From Corallochytrium limacisporum Hawaii (taxonomy: Eukaryota > Protista > Pluriformea): a stretch of DNA of 64,000 bases. The translations under genes and the position numbers were made by a program. The stretch is from positions 117,216 to 181,215 of the forward strand of contig PDIP01000034.1 of assembly GCA_002811645.1 (NCBI GenBank), written 5' to 3'. This document shows, in pieces, positions 33,850 through 44,503 of the stretch. Within the stretch, counting starts at the first letter, position 1. The number at the start of each line of letters is the position of its first letter. Below the pieces are notes generated by a model, which saw only the letters and a list, made by a program, of their open reading frames with translations, searched no databases and had not been told where the DNA came from.

Positions 33850-34423
33850 ACAGCGCCCTGAGACCGACCCGATGGCTGAATTTCGGTAGGGAATCAGGTA
33901 TAGGGTTACACAACAGACGGGAACGGATAAAGAAACTGACGTGAAACATTTCACCTACTCATGTGGAACAGCTGTTTTCTCTTTGCTGTATGTCTCAATA
34001 ATGTATTACACACTCAGTCAATCATGACAAGCGAAGAAAGCATCACATTTTCTAGAATAGCGTGGGTTTCTAATGACTATATCGCGGTCTAGACCGCACG
34101 TGTAATTTATAAAGCTATGGACTTTTGTGTTGGCGGTCGCTTTCTAGGGGCGACTTCGGGATATAAAGTGTTCCAAAAGGGGTGACAATTGGTAGTAGTC
34201 ACCATGGAAAACATGATGTTTTGAATATGGATCAAATCCGATAAAAATAAATGTGCACACTGTGTGTTTTGGATGTGTTGGTGGATGTGGGAGAGCGATA
34301 GAGAATTATAAGAATGCCGGTTGGCGGTTGATGACGATGGTCATTCCTCCTCCGTTAATTCCATTGATAAGGGGGGGAAGAGGGGGGGGGGTGCGGAGGA
34401 CATTACACTGAGCAGGCAGATGC

Positions 34424-36466
34424 CTAAGGGTAGCGATTGATGTCTCGATGACGCTTCCGTTGCTGAGTCCCTGCAATCACAGAGTGGTCCATGGGCACCA
34501 GCAGCAATGGTCCGCTTGCCTGAGCAGCGCAGAAGACGGACCGTCCCGCGGGTGCTACGTGATCTGGCCAGTCGCCTCCAATAAGAAGGGGTCGATCGTG
34601 CTCACGGATAATGGTTGCAACGGCCGCAAACAATGGCGGCGTCGGACGAAGACCGGTCTCCCGCGCGCAGTGGTCGACGAGCGCCTGCTCGAAACCAGGG
34701 AACATACCGCTACGTCCTCCTCTGTCCGTGACCGCAAAGGCAGACGACTGAACGGCGCGGCCTTTCTCCGTGCCAAAGTACCACTGTCGGAGGCCGTAAA
34801 CCGACCCTTGCGCCGTCACCGCAGCAACCAGCGACGGATCTTCCGCGCAAACGGAAAGACTGAGGACGGTCGCGTCGCTCTTGAATGCGAGCGCTAGCCG
34901 CAGGCTTGGCAGCGGAGCGGCACTAGACCGAGTCGCAGTCAGTGACTGAACGCCGTCACCACCCTCCGTGGCGACTAGCGGCCCGTTCGCAAAGTGTGGC
35001 CAGGCCACAGCAACGACGCCGAGCTTCAGTGCCAGCTGCACACCGGAAGCTGCGGGCAGGCTGGGTGCCGCCCAATTCCAAAGCCGCACTCCAGGGCCGC
35101 TATCGACAGCGAGGAGAATTTGAGAGTCATACGGACAAAACAGCACTCGCATGACACGCAAATTAGTCACGCAGAAGCGGGCCAGGGGCTCCAAAGAGAG
35201 GGCCTGTGATTTCGACTGTGCTTGCGGTGACAATCCGTCGTTGGTGACCACATGCCAGACTGTGACGTATCCATCTGGGCCACCGACTGCCAGCACCGAT
35301 CTGCGGTCTCTGGTATGTGTGGGTGCTGACGAAGATGGAGACAATGAGGAGCGGGCGGCGCCGCTGACCAACGAAGGTCGATCAGCGTTGCTCGCGGTCC
35401 AATCGACACACGCAAAGCCCGCGGAGTTGGGGGTAGGTAGACACTTCGTGTCCACGGCAAGGGCGAAGGCCGGACGAGCATTCCGCAGGAAGGTTCCCTC
35501 CCAGGGCACGGCGTATAGTCGCAGACTGTCCCGGCTGTCGGCGAGGAGCACCGCGATCAGGGCCACCCTCCGGTCCGGTACACAGGACTGTGGACAGATA
35601 CAGAAGTCAAGGACCTGCGCCGTAGCCGATGTGGTATTTTTGGAGCGTTCGATGAGCATACCACTGGCGACAGTCATGGTAGCACCGTTCTGGTCGAACA
35701 GACAGGTCGTCACACATAGATCCGTGCCAGATTGATCTGTCCGAGTCAGTTCACTGAGGGCGACCACAAATACTTTTTGTGGTGTCGCGTGGTACTCAGC
35801 ACGCGGGTGGCGATGGCGCTCTTTCTTCGTCTTTTTCATATTCTTCTTTGGCATCTGTGTCGATTGCGCGCCAGTACCTTCGGACTCTCCTGTGCTAGGC
35901 AATGGACTGGTGCCAAGTCCTTTCAACGTGGCTGGCAGACCAAACCACCGACCATTGCCGTCACTGCTCTCGTCCGGCTCGGCCATGGAGAACAATGCGG
36001 GCGTCGGTTGCTGTGGTCGCTTGCTAGTTTCACCACGGATGGAGTGCTGAGGGTGAACATCGACGTAGACCGAACGGTCTAGGAGCAGACTCCGGAATTC
36101 TTGGAACGTCATGTTATCGCTGCTGCCATCAACACCTTCGGGCTTCACTTTTGAATGCAATGGTGGCTGCGACGTGTCAATCAGAGCAGGGTCGATCGCC
36201 TGCTGCTGCCAGAGAGTGCTCAAGTTTACTGTGGAGGCCTTGCTCCGCTCTCGTTCTTGTTTGTCTTCGTCTGCATGTTCTACCTGCTCATTTTCTTCGT
36301 CATGGTCATCTGATGCATCATCAGTGTCTTCATGATACCTTACACGTGCACGTACTCTTGATGAGGTGCGAGTGGATGACGATTGGACAGGGGTGCTGGT
36401 GTTATCGTTACCAGGCTTCTTAGTTCTCTTCTTCTCTTCTTTCTTGTTCGCTCTCCCACTGCTCAG
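34424..36466 (-). CDS. Divergent WD40-like beta-propeller protein, possibly TFIIIC subunit GTF3C2/Tfc6-like; probably the C-terminal part of the upstream zinc-finger gene
   Basis: Open frame of about 700 codons with blade-like segments VLDFCICP, VLAVGGPDGYVTVWHV, VMRVLFCPYDSQILLA...VRLWNW and VVAVAWP. First ATG only at 36112. The frame overlaps the upstream ORF in its -1 frame. Confidence 0.6.
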   Translation of the reverse strand: MSSGRANKKEEKKRTKKPGNDNTSTPVQSSSTRTSSRVRARVRYHEDTDDASDDHDEENEQVEHADEDKQERERSKASTVNLSTLWQQQAIDPALIDTSQPPLHSKVKPEGVDGSSDNMTFQEFRSLLLDRSVYVDVHPQHSIRGETSKRPQQPTPALFSMAEPDESSDGNGRWFGLPATLKGLGTSPLPSTGESEGTGAQSTQMPKKNMKKTKKERHRHPRAEYHATPQKVFVVALSELTRTDQSGTDLCVTTCLFDQNGATMTVASGMLIERSKNTTSATAQVLDFCICPQSCVPDRRVALIAVLLADSRDSLRLYAVPWEGTFLRNARPAFALAVDTKCLPTPNSAGFACVDWTASNADRPSLVSGAARSSLSPSSSAPTHTRDRRSVLAVGGPDGYVTVWHVVTNDGLSPQAQSKSQALSLEPLARFCVTNLRVMRVLFCPYDSQILLAVDSGPGVRLWNWAAPSLPAASGVQLALKLGVVAVAWPHFANGPLVATEGGDGVQSLTATRSSAAPLPSLRLALAFKSDATVLSLSVCAEDPSLVAAVTAQGSVYGLRQWYFGTEKGRAVQSSAFAVTDRGGRSGMFPGFEQALVDHCARETGLRPTPPLFAAVATIIREHDRPLLIGGDWPDHVAPAGRSVFCAAQASGPLLLVPMDHSVIAGTQQRKRHRDINRYP

Positions 36467-37653
36467 TTTTTTGACGACGCAGTGCCATTGTTTTTCGGAG
36501 TCTTGTCGTGGGGCATCCCGCACGCCTCGCGGTGTTTGTCGAAACTCAGTTGGTTCTTGAAAGCACGGTTACACCGCGGGCAGTAGCTCTCCATGCGATG
36601 GACTCCAGGGTCGTCCGTCTGCGCAGCAGCCACAGCCTGTTCCGCCCCGGCTGTCTGCGTGTATTGTCCCAGCATGGCCAATCCGCCGCCGCTTGTCGTT
36701 GAGGTGCCCTTGCTCTCGACGTTGCCCATTGTGTAAGGGTCATACGGACTGCCGGTCTGCACACTCGCACTGTGAACACTCATGGAATGCGCATCCATGG
36801 CGGCCCCGTAGCCACCGGCAGCGCCACCGTTCGGGGGATGGCCGTAGTAACCGGCCATCTGTGGGGCGGCCGGGTGGTGGTGCTGCGGCAGGGCGGCAGC
36901 GGCATGGTGGTAGCCAGCGACGGGTCCAGCTGGTCCCCGTCCTCGCATGTACATGCTCATATCGGCAGGGTGACTGGGGCTGTGCATGGCACCGGGTGCA
37001 GAGGCGGCAGCTATCCGAGGCGCAGCTCCAGCAGGCCCGTTCGCCCCTGCGTGGTGCGCCGCTCCCACCGAAGGGTCGAGGTGCATGCCTGGAGCCTCCA
37101 GGCCTGCTGCTTGAGGAGCAGCCGCGGCTTCCATGCCATAGTCCGGTCGTTGGTCCATACCCATCTCTGCAGCACTCATGCCAGCAGTAGACGAGGGTCC
37201 TGCACCGGCAGGAGGTACCTTTTTCACAGGCAACCGGGCTAAAGCGGAGCCTGCCTTCTTGACTCCGCCTTGCCGCTGCGGGCAAGTCTTGGAAATGTGT
37301 TTTTCAAATGGCAACTTTGATCTGAACTCTTTGCTACAGAAGGGACATGACAAGGTTCGTCCATCCATACCAGCTGTGGCCTGCAGTTCCGGTGCAAATT
37401 CGGAATGCGATTTCAGATGCTTCTCAAAGCTCAATTTGTTCTTGTAGATCTTTCCACAAAAGTGACATACCTGTTCAAACCTTGCTGGATCCTTAGAGGA
37501 ATACTTTTTGTAGCGCCCGGCATACCGTCCTTTGTACCGTCCCTTGTACCTGTCTCCGTAGTCGTATTTCTTCTTAGGTTCCGGTGAATCCTCTCTGGTA
37601 GCACTCCGGTTGATCCCACCCTTGGAGGCACCTGTACTCCCTCCGGGGGTCAT
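36463..37653 (-). CDS. C2H2/C2HC zinc-finger protein (three dispersed fingers, Ala/Gly/Pro/His-rich linker)
   Basis: CHFCGKIYKNKLSFEKHLKSH, CPFCSKEFRSKLPFEKHISKTC, CPRCNRAFKNQLSFDKHREAC; start context aaccATG. Confidence 0.85.
   Translation of the reverse strand: MTPGGSTGASKGGINRSATREDSPEPKKKYDYGDRYKGRYKGRYAGRYKKYSSKDPARFEQVCHFCGKIYKNKLSFEKHLKSHSEFAPELQATAGMDGRTLSCPFCSKEFRSKLPFEKHISKTCPQRQGGVKKAGSALARLPVKKVPPAGAGPSSTAGMSAAEMGMDQRPDYGMEAAAAPQAAGLEAPGMHLDPSVGAAHHAGANGPAGAAPRIAAASAPGAMHSPSHPADMSMYMRGRGPAGPVAGYHHAAAALPQHHHPAAPQMAGYYGHPPNGGAAGGYGAAMDAHSMSVHSASVQTGSPYDPYTMGNVESKGTSTTSGGGLAMLGQYTQTAGAEQAVAAAQTDDPGVHRMESYCPRCNRAFKNQLSFDKHREACGMPHDKTPKNNGTASSKN
36466..36472 (-). other. Candidate -1 ribosomal frameshift slippery heptamer A_AAA_AAC
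   Basis: The minus strand reads TCA AAA AAC TGA in frame 0. The -1 frame reads AAA AAA CTG AGC... and stays open to 34424. Confidence 0.4.
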
Positions 37654-40357
37654 GGTTCTGATCCGTGCTTAAACGACTGTCTAGTCCGGACCCTGGGGTG
37701 GTGCTTACTGAGCCGGTGGAGGATTTCTGTAAAATGCCAAGCGTGGTGATATCAACCACTCACGACATGATTCGGCGGGATCTCTGAACCAAGCTCTATT
37801 TGTTTACGTCCCCTTATCTCGCTCGATCCTCCAGTGTTTGTATCCAATCCCGTATCGGTGAGGTAGTCGTTGGGAAGACTAGACTGTGGTGGACCCAAGG
37901 CTACAGGACTAAATTGTATTCGGGTGCCCGACCAAGTCTCTTTTGCTTTCGATCAGCTCAGTGATCAGGTCAAAAGATCAGGTGTGCCTCTTGAAATAGT
38001 CGGGGAAATAGACCCTGTCCGGATCATGGTGACCTAAACAACTAACCCAAAAAGCATTCCTTACCAAACGAGTCTTCCGTATTGGAAGCGCACCGTCGCA
38101 CTCACACACTCGAACATGAGGGTGCCGCACGAGACAAAGCCACAGAAAACATTTGAGATGCCAACCGTTCTCAACTTACTCCAGGCCTTGCGAGAGTGCC
38201 TCACGCAGTAGCCACACGAACCCATCATGGGGTATCCTGGAAAAAGCCTATCCCTGTCTGCGCAATCAACCCTTCTCAGCAGGGCAAAAATATATGCAAT
38301 ATGACCCTGGGTCTCTCCCTCAGTTTTTTTTTAAATTCTCGTACACGCCTGCCAATCTTTCTGCTCCACCGCTGTGTCCCCCCCTCTCTTTCTCCCCCAA
38401 CTGTTCCAATTTTCTAACCCGTCTGAACCAGGAATTCACACTCTGCGACTGTGCCCCGTTGGATCCTCTCTTGCTCTGCTGCTACTGCTCAGCTTCCCAA
38501 GAACGCGAACCGACCCATCGGCAAACAAAAAAAGAGACCTGTCTCTTTTCACTTTTTTGTTGCCCCCCCCTTCTTCTCTCTCCTCTCGTGCTCTTCGGTC
38601 ATTCGCTATGGTAAGAATGTGGCGCGTAAGGCCCGCCCTTTACCTCTCGCTCCCTCTGTGTCTGCTTCTCATCTTTCGCTTATCTTCCCCCCTCCCCTTT
38701 CTCTTCCCTCCCCCAAAGGGGCTCTCTCTCCGTTTGGCGGGGGGGGCCTTCCCGACCGCTCCATTCCTCCGCCATTTTCCCTGTGGGGTGGGGGGAGCCC
38801 TGTGAATGCGCAGCCCTTTTGCACCGCCGGGTACGAGCGCACAGAGAAAGGCGAGAGAAAAAAAGCCACCCGGGGCTGTGTGGGGAGAAGTGCGTGGTGA
38901 GCGCGCCCCCCCCCCACCCCCGGGGGGGGAGAGTGAGCGAGACCGCGACCGAAAAAATTGAGAAATTGCGCAGAATTTCTCGCCTCATCAAATTCGGTAT
39001 TGAATGTACTACTTATCACCGGGACGGAGGGGACTCCTGAAAGGCCCCTCCCCTCACCCCTTGTCTAGAAAAAAATGTGTTCGCACCACTGGCTGCGGAG
39101 TGGCTCCCGCCAATGGCGGCTAAGGGGGAGGGCGGTCCCTAATCTACCAGCAGGACTGGTTCATTGAGTATTGCGCAGGCCGGGAGAGGAGGGGCCCCCC
39201 AGGGGGGAGGGAGTGAGAGTTACAAAATAAAACCGGGGAGGGGAAGCGGGACCTGGGAGAGAGTACGGACGTTTGGCTGTGGGGTGAGTGAGGGCGCAGT
39301 TAGTGAAAGTACTGGAGAGGGTCAGTAATTGGGAGGCCCGGGGTTGGTGGGGAAGAGGGGGCCCCGGGGGGGGGGGGGGGAAGGAGGAGGAGGGGGACAC
39401 GGTGCCCTCGGTTGAAGGGTGGGTCTTCGTCTTTCGTCCAACCAACCCAGTTCCCCAATATTTCCCTATTTTTTTTTTTGCTTCGTTAATTCCGTCTTCC
39501 ATTTCGTAATTTTCTTATTTGGAGGTACCACCTTCGTTTTTTATTTATTTGGGCCCTCTTTTTATTGGCATTCGCGTTCCGCTTTCATATTCTCCCGTCA
39601 GCCGCTGGGTTTATCTGCCCTAGGAATCATTCGCTGCCGACAGGTCGGCCTGTTGGAAAGTGCAACCGGGTGAATACCAAATATATTGATTATTTTCCAC
39701 AGGCCTTACCATTTACGGTCGATTTTGGTAACGGCTCGGGGAAGTTCACGAAGCGACGGATCCGAAGGCACCGAAACGGGCCCAAAACAAAGACTTTGAG
39801 CACGGTCCCCCCCCCCCTTCCCCCCCCCCCCCCCCCCGGGGGGCGTGGCGGGGGCAGTAGGCGAACTCAGGTCCAGAAACGCACTCATCGGAAAGCGCAG
39901 GTCCAGTCCGGCTTTGCTTTGGTCCTTTTCGGTCACTACAACGTCTATGCGGGGTTCAAAGAAACAGTCGAGACTTCCCCAGCAGTCAGAAAACCTACGT
40001 TGCGAACACCTTTAGCTGGGTCGCTCATCGGATGGTTTAGCCTCGCTGCAACTGACATGGAATCTTCGAACGCCCGTGTCCATGGTTTACAACCCCATGA
40101 ATGATTTTACATTAAAGGTATGTATGAATTGGACTGAGTTTTGTACAGGGTATGGTAGGGGTGCAACCTGGCAGTAGCGCGGCATCCCGCAGATGGACAA
40201 CTGGAATCGTGGCTTCTTAGCCTCTTATGGTACATAGAATATAGTGTTTTCAGCACTAGTTGAGGCATCCGAAAAAATTCTAGCAGCCCATGGCCTTGGA
40301 GTACGGGGGTAATAAGATATCGAGAAGATAAAGAACGAGCTTGAGCTATAGATCAAT

Positions 40358-40979
40358 ATGGCGGCAGGAATCAAAAGTAAGTATCATTCGTGAATTTGAT
40401 AGATCTCCGAACGAAGAGAAAGTTTACTGACGGCTAGCAATTCTTTACGAATTTTTTTATATAAATACAGCTTTGATCGCGTTGGCGTTCTGTGCTGCTG
40501 TTGGAATACTCTTGGTTATATTGGCATGCAGCCTTCCACAGTACAAGTAAGTGTATAAACCATGGAATTTTCTAGGGCGCATTCAAGACATGGCCTTGCC
40601 TTGGATAAGAACGCATACGGTATAGATTGTAGCATGCATACTAACACAATGGCCCTTTCCATCATCCTTGTTTCCTTCCTATCTATACAGTAATTGGTTG
40701 CCCTTGCTGTGTGGCATCACCTACCTGCTCTCCCCGGTACCAAACATGATTGGCAATCATATAGGTGGAGATGGATTTAGTTCGGGACCAAGCACATCAA
40801 TGGATGTAGCAAACTTTATGACTTCATGTATAGTCATTTCGGGATACGGCATTCCAATTGTTTTATCTGATTCCGGTGTGATTGAATATGGTGCGTCTGT
40901 GCTAACGATCATTGGCAACACATTGGTCTTCGTCACTATCGCGGCATACTACGCCCTCTTTGGTGCTGAAGAGTGGTAA
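40358..40979 (+). CDS. LEPROT: LEPROT/OB-RGRP/Vps55-family membrane protein, 3 exons (40358-40376, 40471-40546, 40691-40979), 127 aa
   Basis: Spliced product MAAGIKTLIALAFCAAVGILLVILACSLPQYNNWLPLL...LSPVPN...ANFMTS.IVISGYGIPIVL. Both introns are GTAAGT...ACAG with TACTGAC / TACTAAC branch sites, and phases are compatible (19+76+289 nt). Confidence 0.9.
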
Positions 40980-41924
40980 TCCATCATCCTGCATATGACA
41001 AGTTAACGTATACTGTATTTTGATTTGATGAATATACTAAACTCTCTTTGTGTTCGTCGTAGTACGTCTATCAAACTTTGTATGTCAATTCCTCCGCATG
41101 AGGAAAATCGAATTGCAAAACGGTGATCATATTAAGGATTCTGTACGGTGGTACGGCGTCCTTTAATTGAATTCAATTCTGGGCAGCCCCTCTTGTCAAA
41201 TTGAATACTTAATTTCATGAGGTCTTCAAGACCTGGGTGTTGAATCCACCGAAGTTGCTGGTTTGTATCCAACGAGCCCTGCAGAACCATGCCTTTGGCT
41301 TGCAAGTTGTCGATACTGAAATATGGATTGAATGGAAAATAATTTGATCTGCATATACTTGCGTGTGGCTGCTTTGAAGTGGGAATTACCGTGGCTAGTC
41401 GCGTGGTGTCTGCTTCAGTTCTGGTTTTCACCTTCTTGGCCGCGATTAAGCTCACTTGTGGTTGTAGCTGTTTAGCTTTGAATCCCTTTTTTCACTTCAT
41501 TACATTGTTAAGATTTGTACCTAGTATTCACTTTGGATCTGCGTGTTCTTGTTGGCATTATCATTCGATTGGGCCCAAGGGCACCCCAAGTATAAGGGGG
41601 CAGGGAAGGGAGGTAATTGTTTGTGCTGTCACAACAGACGGTTACAATACTGAAGGCGGGCGTCCTCTGTTCGTAGTCAATTACTTTCCCTCCGTCGAAC
41701 GGTTGAATGGCGGCAGCCTTTCTTCCCTGTGTTCCTGAATATCCTTCTTCCGTCACGAACCATCGAAGGCGATTGCTTTCCGAGTGAGTATATATGTCCA
41801 TAGTCTTCAACTAGGTTTAGTTACACTCTCGTAGTGCAGATATTTATGGGAACCGACTTAGCATTGACTGTGTGACTGGGCATGTGGATCCGCTGGAACT
41901 TTCTCTCAAAGTTACGAACTCACC

Positions 41925-42371
41925 ATGTCTGATCTTCCGCAAGGTTGGGTGAAGAAGGAATCTCGCTCACGACCTGGAGTGTTTTACTATTTTAACACCG
42001 AAGATGGTACGTCCAGCTGGGAAAAGCCTGCCAACGAGCAGGTGCGTGCTGCGCATTTACTTGTGAAGCACAGTGGCAGTCGTCGTCCAGCCTCATGGAA
42101 AAGTGAAAAGATTACTCGCAGCGAAGAAGAGGCCCGAGAAATTCTCAGGGGATACCAAACTCGCATCGCTGCCGGAGAAACCACTTTGGAAGAGCTGGCC
42201 ACTACCGAAAGTGACTGCTCTTCTGCAAACCGTGGTGGCGACCTTGGTTGGTTTGGTCGTGGACAGATGCAGAAACCCTTTGAGGACGCAGCATTCGGCT
42301 TGCAGGTCGGAGAAACGAGTGACATCATTAGCACGGAGAGTGGTGTGCACATTGTAAAACGGACAGGATAA
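41925..42371 (+). CDS. PIN1: Peptidyl-prolyl isomerase Pin1/Ess1 (WW + parvulin)
   Basis: LPQGW..ESRSRPG..YYFN..SSWEKP; HLLVKHSGSRRPASW, SDCSSA.RGGDLG.FGRGQMQKPFE, SGVHIVKRTG. Confidence 0.97.
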   Translation: MSDLPQGWVKKESRSRPGVFYYFNTEDGTSSWEKPANEQVRAAHLLVKHSGSRRPASWKSEKITRSEEEAREILRGYQTRIAAGETTLEELATTESDCSSANRGGDLGWFGRGQMQKPFEDAAFGLQVGETSDIISTESGVHIVKRTG

Positions 42372-42470
42372 GGGAACATAAATATCATGTTTCGTACTGT
42401 AAACATGTGAAACTCATGGAAGAAGCGTTTTTCATGATTATTGTATGAATGATTCGAAATGGCATCAGAG

Positions 42471-42504
42471 TAGAATAGCATAGAATAGAATAGAATAGAA
42501 TAGA
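42471..42504. repeat. (TAGAA)n pentanucleotide repeat between PIN1 and NBR1
   Basis: tagaatagcatagaatagaatagaatagaataga. Confidence 0.9.
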
Positions 42505-42652
42505 GATTTAATATTTCAAAACAGACAATACTTAATGGCCAAAGGCTGGTGACAAATTGCTCGTACGTGTTTATCGACCGGCTCTTGATGGTTCTAGCGC
42601 GTCATTGGCGCTTCGGCATATTCAAGCACGTTCTACAGTCCAAAACACGAGC

Positions 42653-44503
42653 TCATTTCTGCTCCTTCTGTAGAGTGAGCAAGTGGTTCACGATCTTGAC
42701 CATATCACCGTTGAAGTTGCGAATGAGGTCGTAGTTGAGCTCACGGTCACAGAAAGACATGGAGAACAGTTGACTCTGCAGTTCCTCCTCCTCGGAAGGT
42801 GCCAGTATGCGGGGCGCAGGTACGGTATCCACGTCCTTCGTGGCGGCCTCCGGCTTCTCAAGATCATCGGCTGTTGAGGATGCAGCATCAACGCTCTTGC
42901 TCTTGACCAGTACAAAGCCATCGTCACCGTCCTGGACACTGGCGACTGATGCAGTGCTACTGCTGCCTTTGGTAGCACCAGCAGCAGCATCAGCATTTGT
43001 CTGAGTGGATTGCGTGAACTGAGCAAGCTCAGTAGCAACCGTGGCCTCAGGTGCGATCACCTCTACATCACACCACAGCCAATGGGCGCGACGGTCAGGC
43101 AGCCAGCGGGAGGCAATCATCCAGTAGCTCCGGAGACGCTGGCCGGGTGTAGCATCATTCGGGACCTGGAATTCAACGGAGATCTCGGCAGTCTGACCAG
43201 GTTCAATCTGGGGCAGGGATACAAAGCTTTTCTCGTGGAACACATTACCGTGACTGAAACGGACATAAGCTGCGTCTGGGGTAGGAGTGTTACCTTTGTT
43301 GACCACACGCCAGGTCTTGATGAAGATGGAACCGGGTAAGACGGGGGTACCATCAGGCACGGTTACATCCTCAACAAAGTGCAGACTGTGACCAAGCGAG
43401 GAGCTGGAGGGGTTGCTCTTCTGACTCTCGCTACCGCTGGCGGCACTAGAAGCATTTTCCCTGCCCTTCGTTTCTGCAACACTTGTCGAAGCGGGGAATT
43501 TGCCCTTGGCAGCATGGCGCATGCCACGAGGCATTATGGGGTTAGTCCACGTCATCTTTCTGAATGAGTGCCCATGGCCGTGTTCAGTGCCATAGCATCG
43601 CTCACACAGATCGTAGTCCGGGCATGTCAGGCATTTGTAGCGGATCGGGGTGTTCAACTTTTCATGGCACATATCGCACCACACGCACCCCTGCCAGGGG
43701 CGACCGCCACGGTGGCGGCGGCCAGGACCTCGGGCACCACCGCAACAGTGGGTTGGCTGTGCGTAGCCACCGGGAGGAACCCACCAGTGAGGGTGGTATC
43801 CGGATGGAAGGTCAGCTCCGCCGCAACACTTTGAATCAGGCATAGACTTGTCAGTCTTCGCAGTCTTCTCGGCATCATCGGAAGTAGCTTTATCTGCTTT
43901 TCCAATTTCAGCAGCAGGGGGTGAAGAAGAAGTGGTAGAAGTGGAGCCAAAGGCATCATTGGCTTGTTGTTGGACCTGCTCAACCATGTCTTCGGCACAC
44001 TTCTTGAAGGTGTTAAAATTCTCCTCACCAAGGAATGAATGCATAGGAGCGATAACTTCGGGGCGGCCTAGACTTTCCCTGGCCCACTCTAGGATGCTAT
44101 TGAAAACTTCCTGGGGGGTCGGATCCGGAATAGCGGACTCCTCGTCCTCTGGTTTCTTCTCATCGGCATCATTCATACTCTGGATCGGCGGAGCTTCAGT
44201 AAATGTTCGCTGCTCCTGGGTGACCTCATTCTCTACCTCATTCTTTCTGCGACTCACAGAGAATGTCGGCACACGCTCGGTCCTTGCAAATACTTCCACT
44301 GCTGCCTCAAGATCCTCAAGATCTACGACCTCAGTGGGCATATAATTGTCCTCAGGATCCTCATAGGTGATTATCCAGGGTTTGCCTTCGTTGCTGCCGA
44401 ACTTGCGGTCCAAGACATCATGCACTTCAGCGATGCTTTCCACGTTCAACTTCACACGACGCCGGTCCGTGGCGTTAACAACTTTCACTGTGCAACTCAA
44501 CAT
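42653..44503 (-). CDS. NBR1: NBR1-like selective autophagy receptor (PB1-ZZ-FW-LIR-UBA)
   Basis: N-terminal PB1-like (ITYEDPED), ZZ finger (CDMC...RYKCLTCPDYDLCERC), FW domain (FVEDVTVPDGT...FIKTWRVVNKG), LIR-like DDGFVLV and a C-terminal UBA-like domain (QLFSMSFCDRELN). Confidence 0.88.
   Translation of the reverse strand: MLSCTVKVVNATDRRRVKLNVESIAEVHDVLDRKFGSNEGKPWIITYEDPEDNYMPTEVVDLEDLEAAVEVFARTERVPTFSVSRRKNEVENEVTQEQRTFTEAPPIQSMNDADEKKPEDEESAIPDPTPQEVFNSILEWARESLGRPEVIAPMHSFLGEENFNTFKKCAEDMVEQVQQQANDAFGSTSTTSSSPPAAEIGKADKATSDDAEKTAKTDKSMPDSKCCGGADLPSGYHPHWWVPPGGYAQPTHCCGGARGPGRRHRGGRPWQGCVWCDMCHEKLNTPIRYKCLTCPDYDLCERCYGTEHGHGHSFRKMTWTNPIMPRGMRHAAKGKFPASTSVAETKGRENASSAASGSESQKSNPSSSSLGHSLHFVEDVTVPDGTPVLPGSIFIKTWRVVNKGNTPTPDAAYVRFSHGNVFHEKSFVSLPQIEPGQTAEISVEFQVPNDATPGQRLRSYWMIASRWLPDRRAHWLWCDVEVIAPEATVATELAQFTQSTQTNADAAAGATKGSSSTASVASVQDGDDGFVLVKSKSVDAASSTADDLEKPEAATKDVDTVPAPRILAPSEEEELQSQLFSMSFCDRELNYDLIRNFNGDMVKIVNHLLTLQKEQK

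Noticed and set aside
34084-34154. 14-bp palindrome GCGGTCTAGACCGC and an adjacent small hairpin
   Set aside because: Isolated and compatible with chance in 64 kb.
41132-41810. Two ~100-aa minus-strand ORFs between LEPROT and PIN1
   Set aside because: Non-ATG starts and no recognisable homology. One overlaps the likely PIN1 promoter. A remnant is possible but unsupported.
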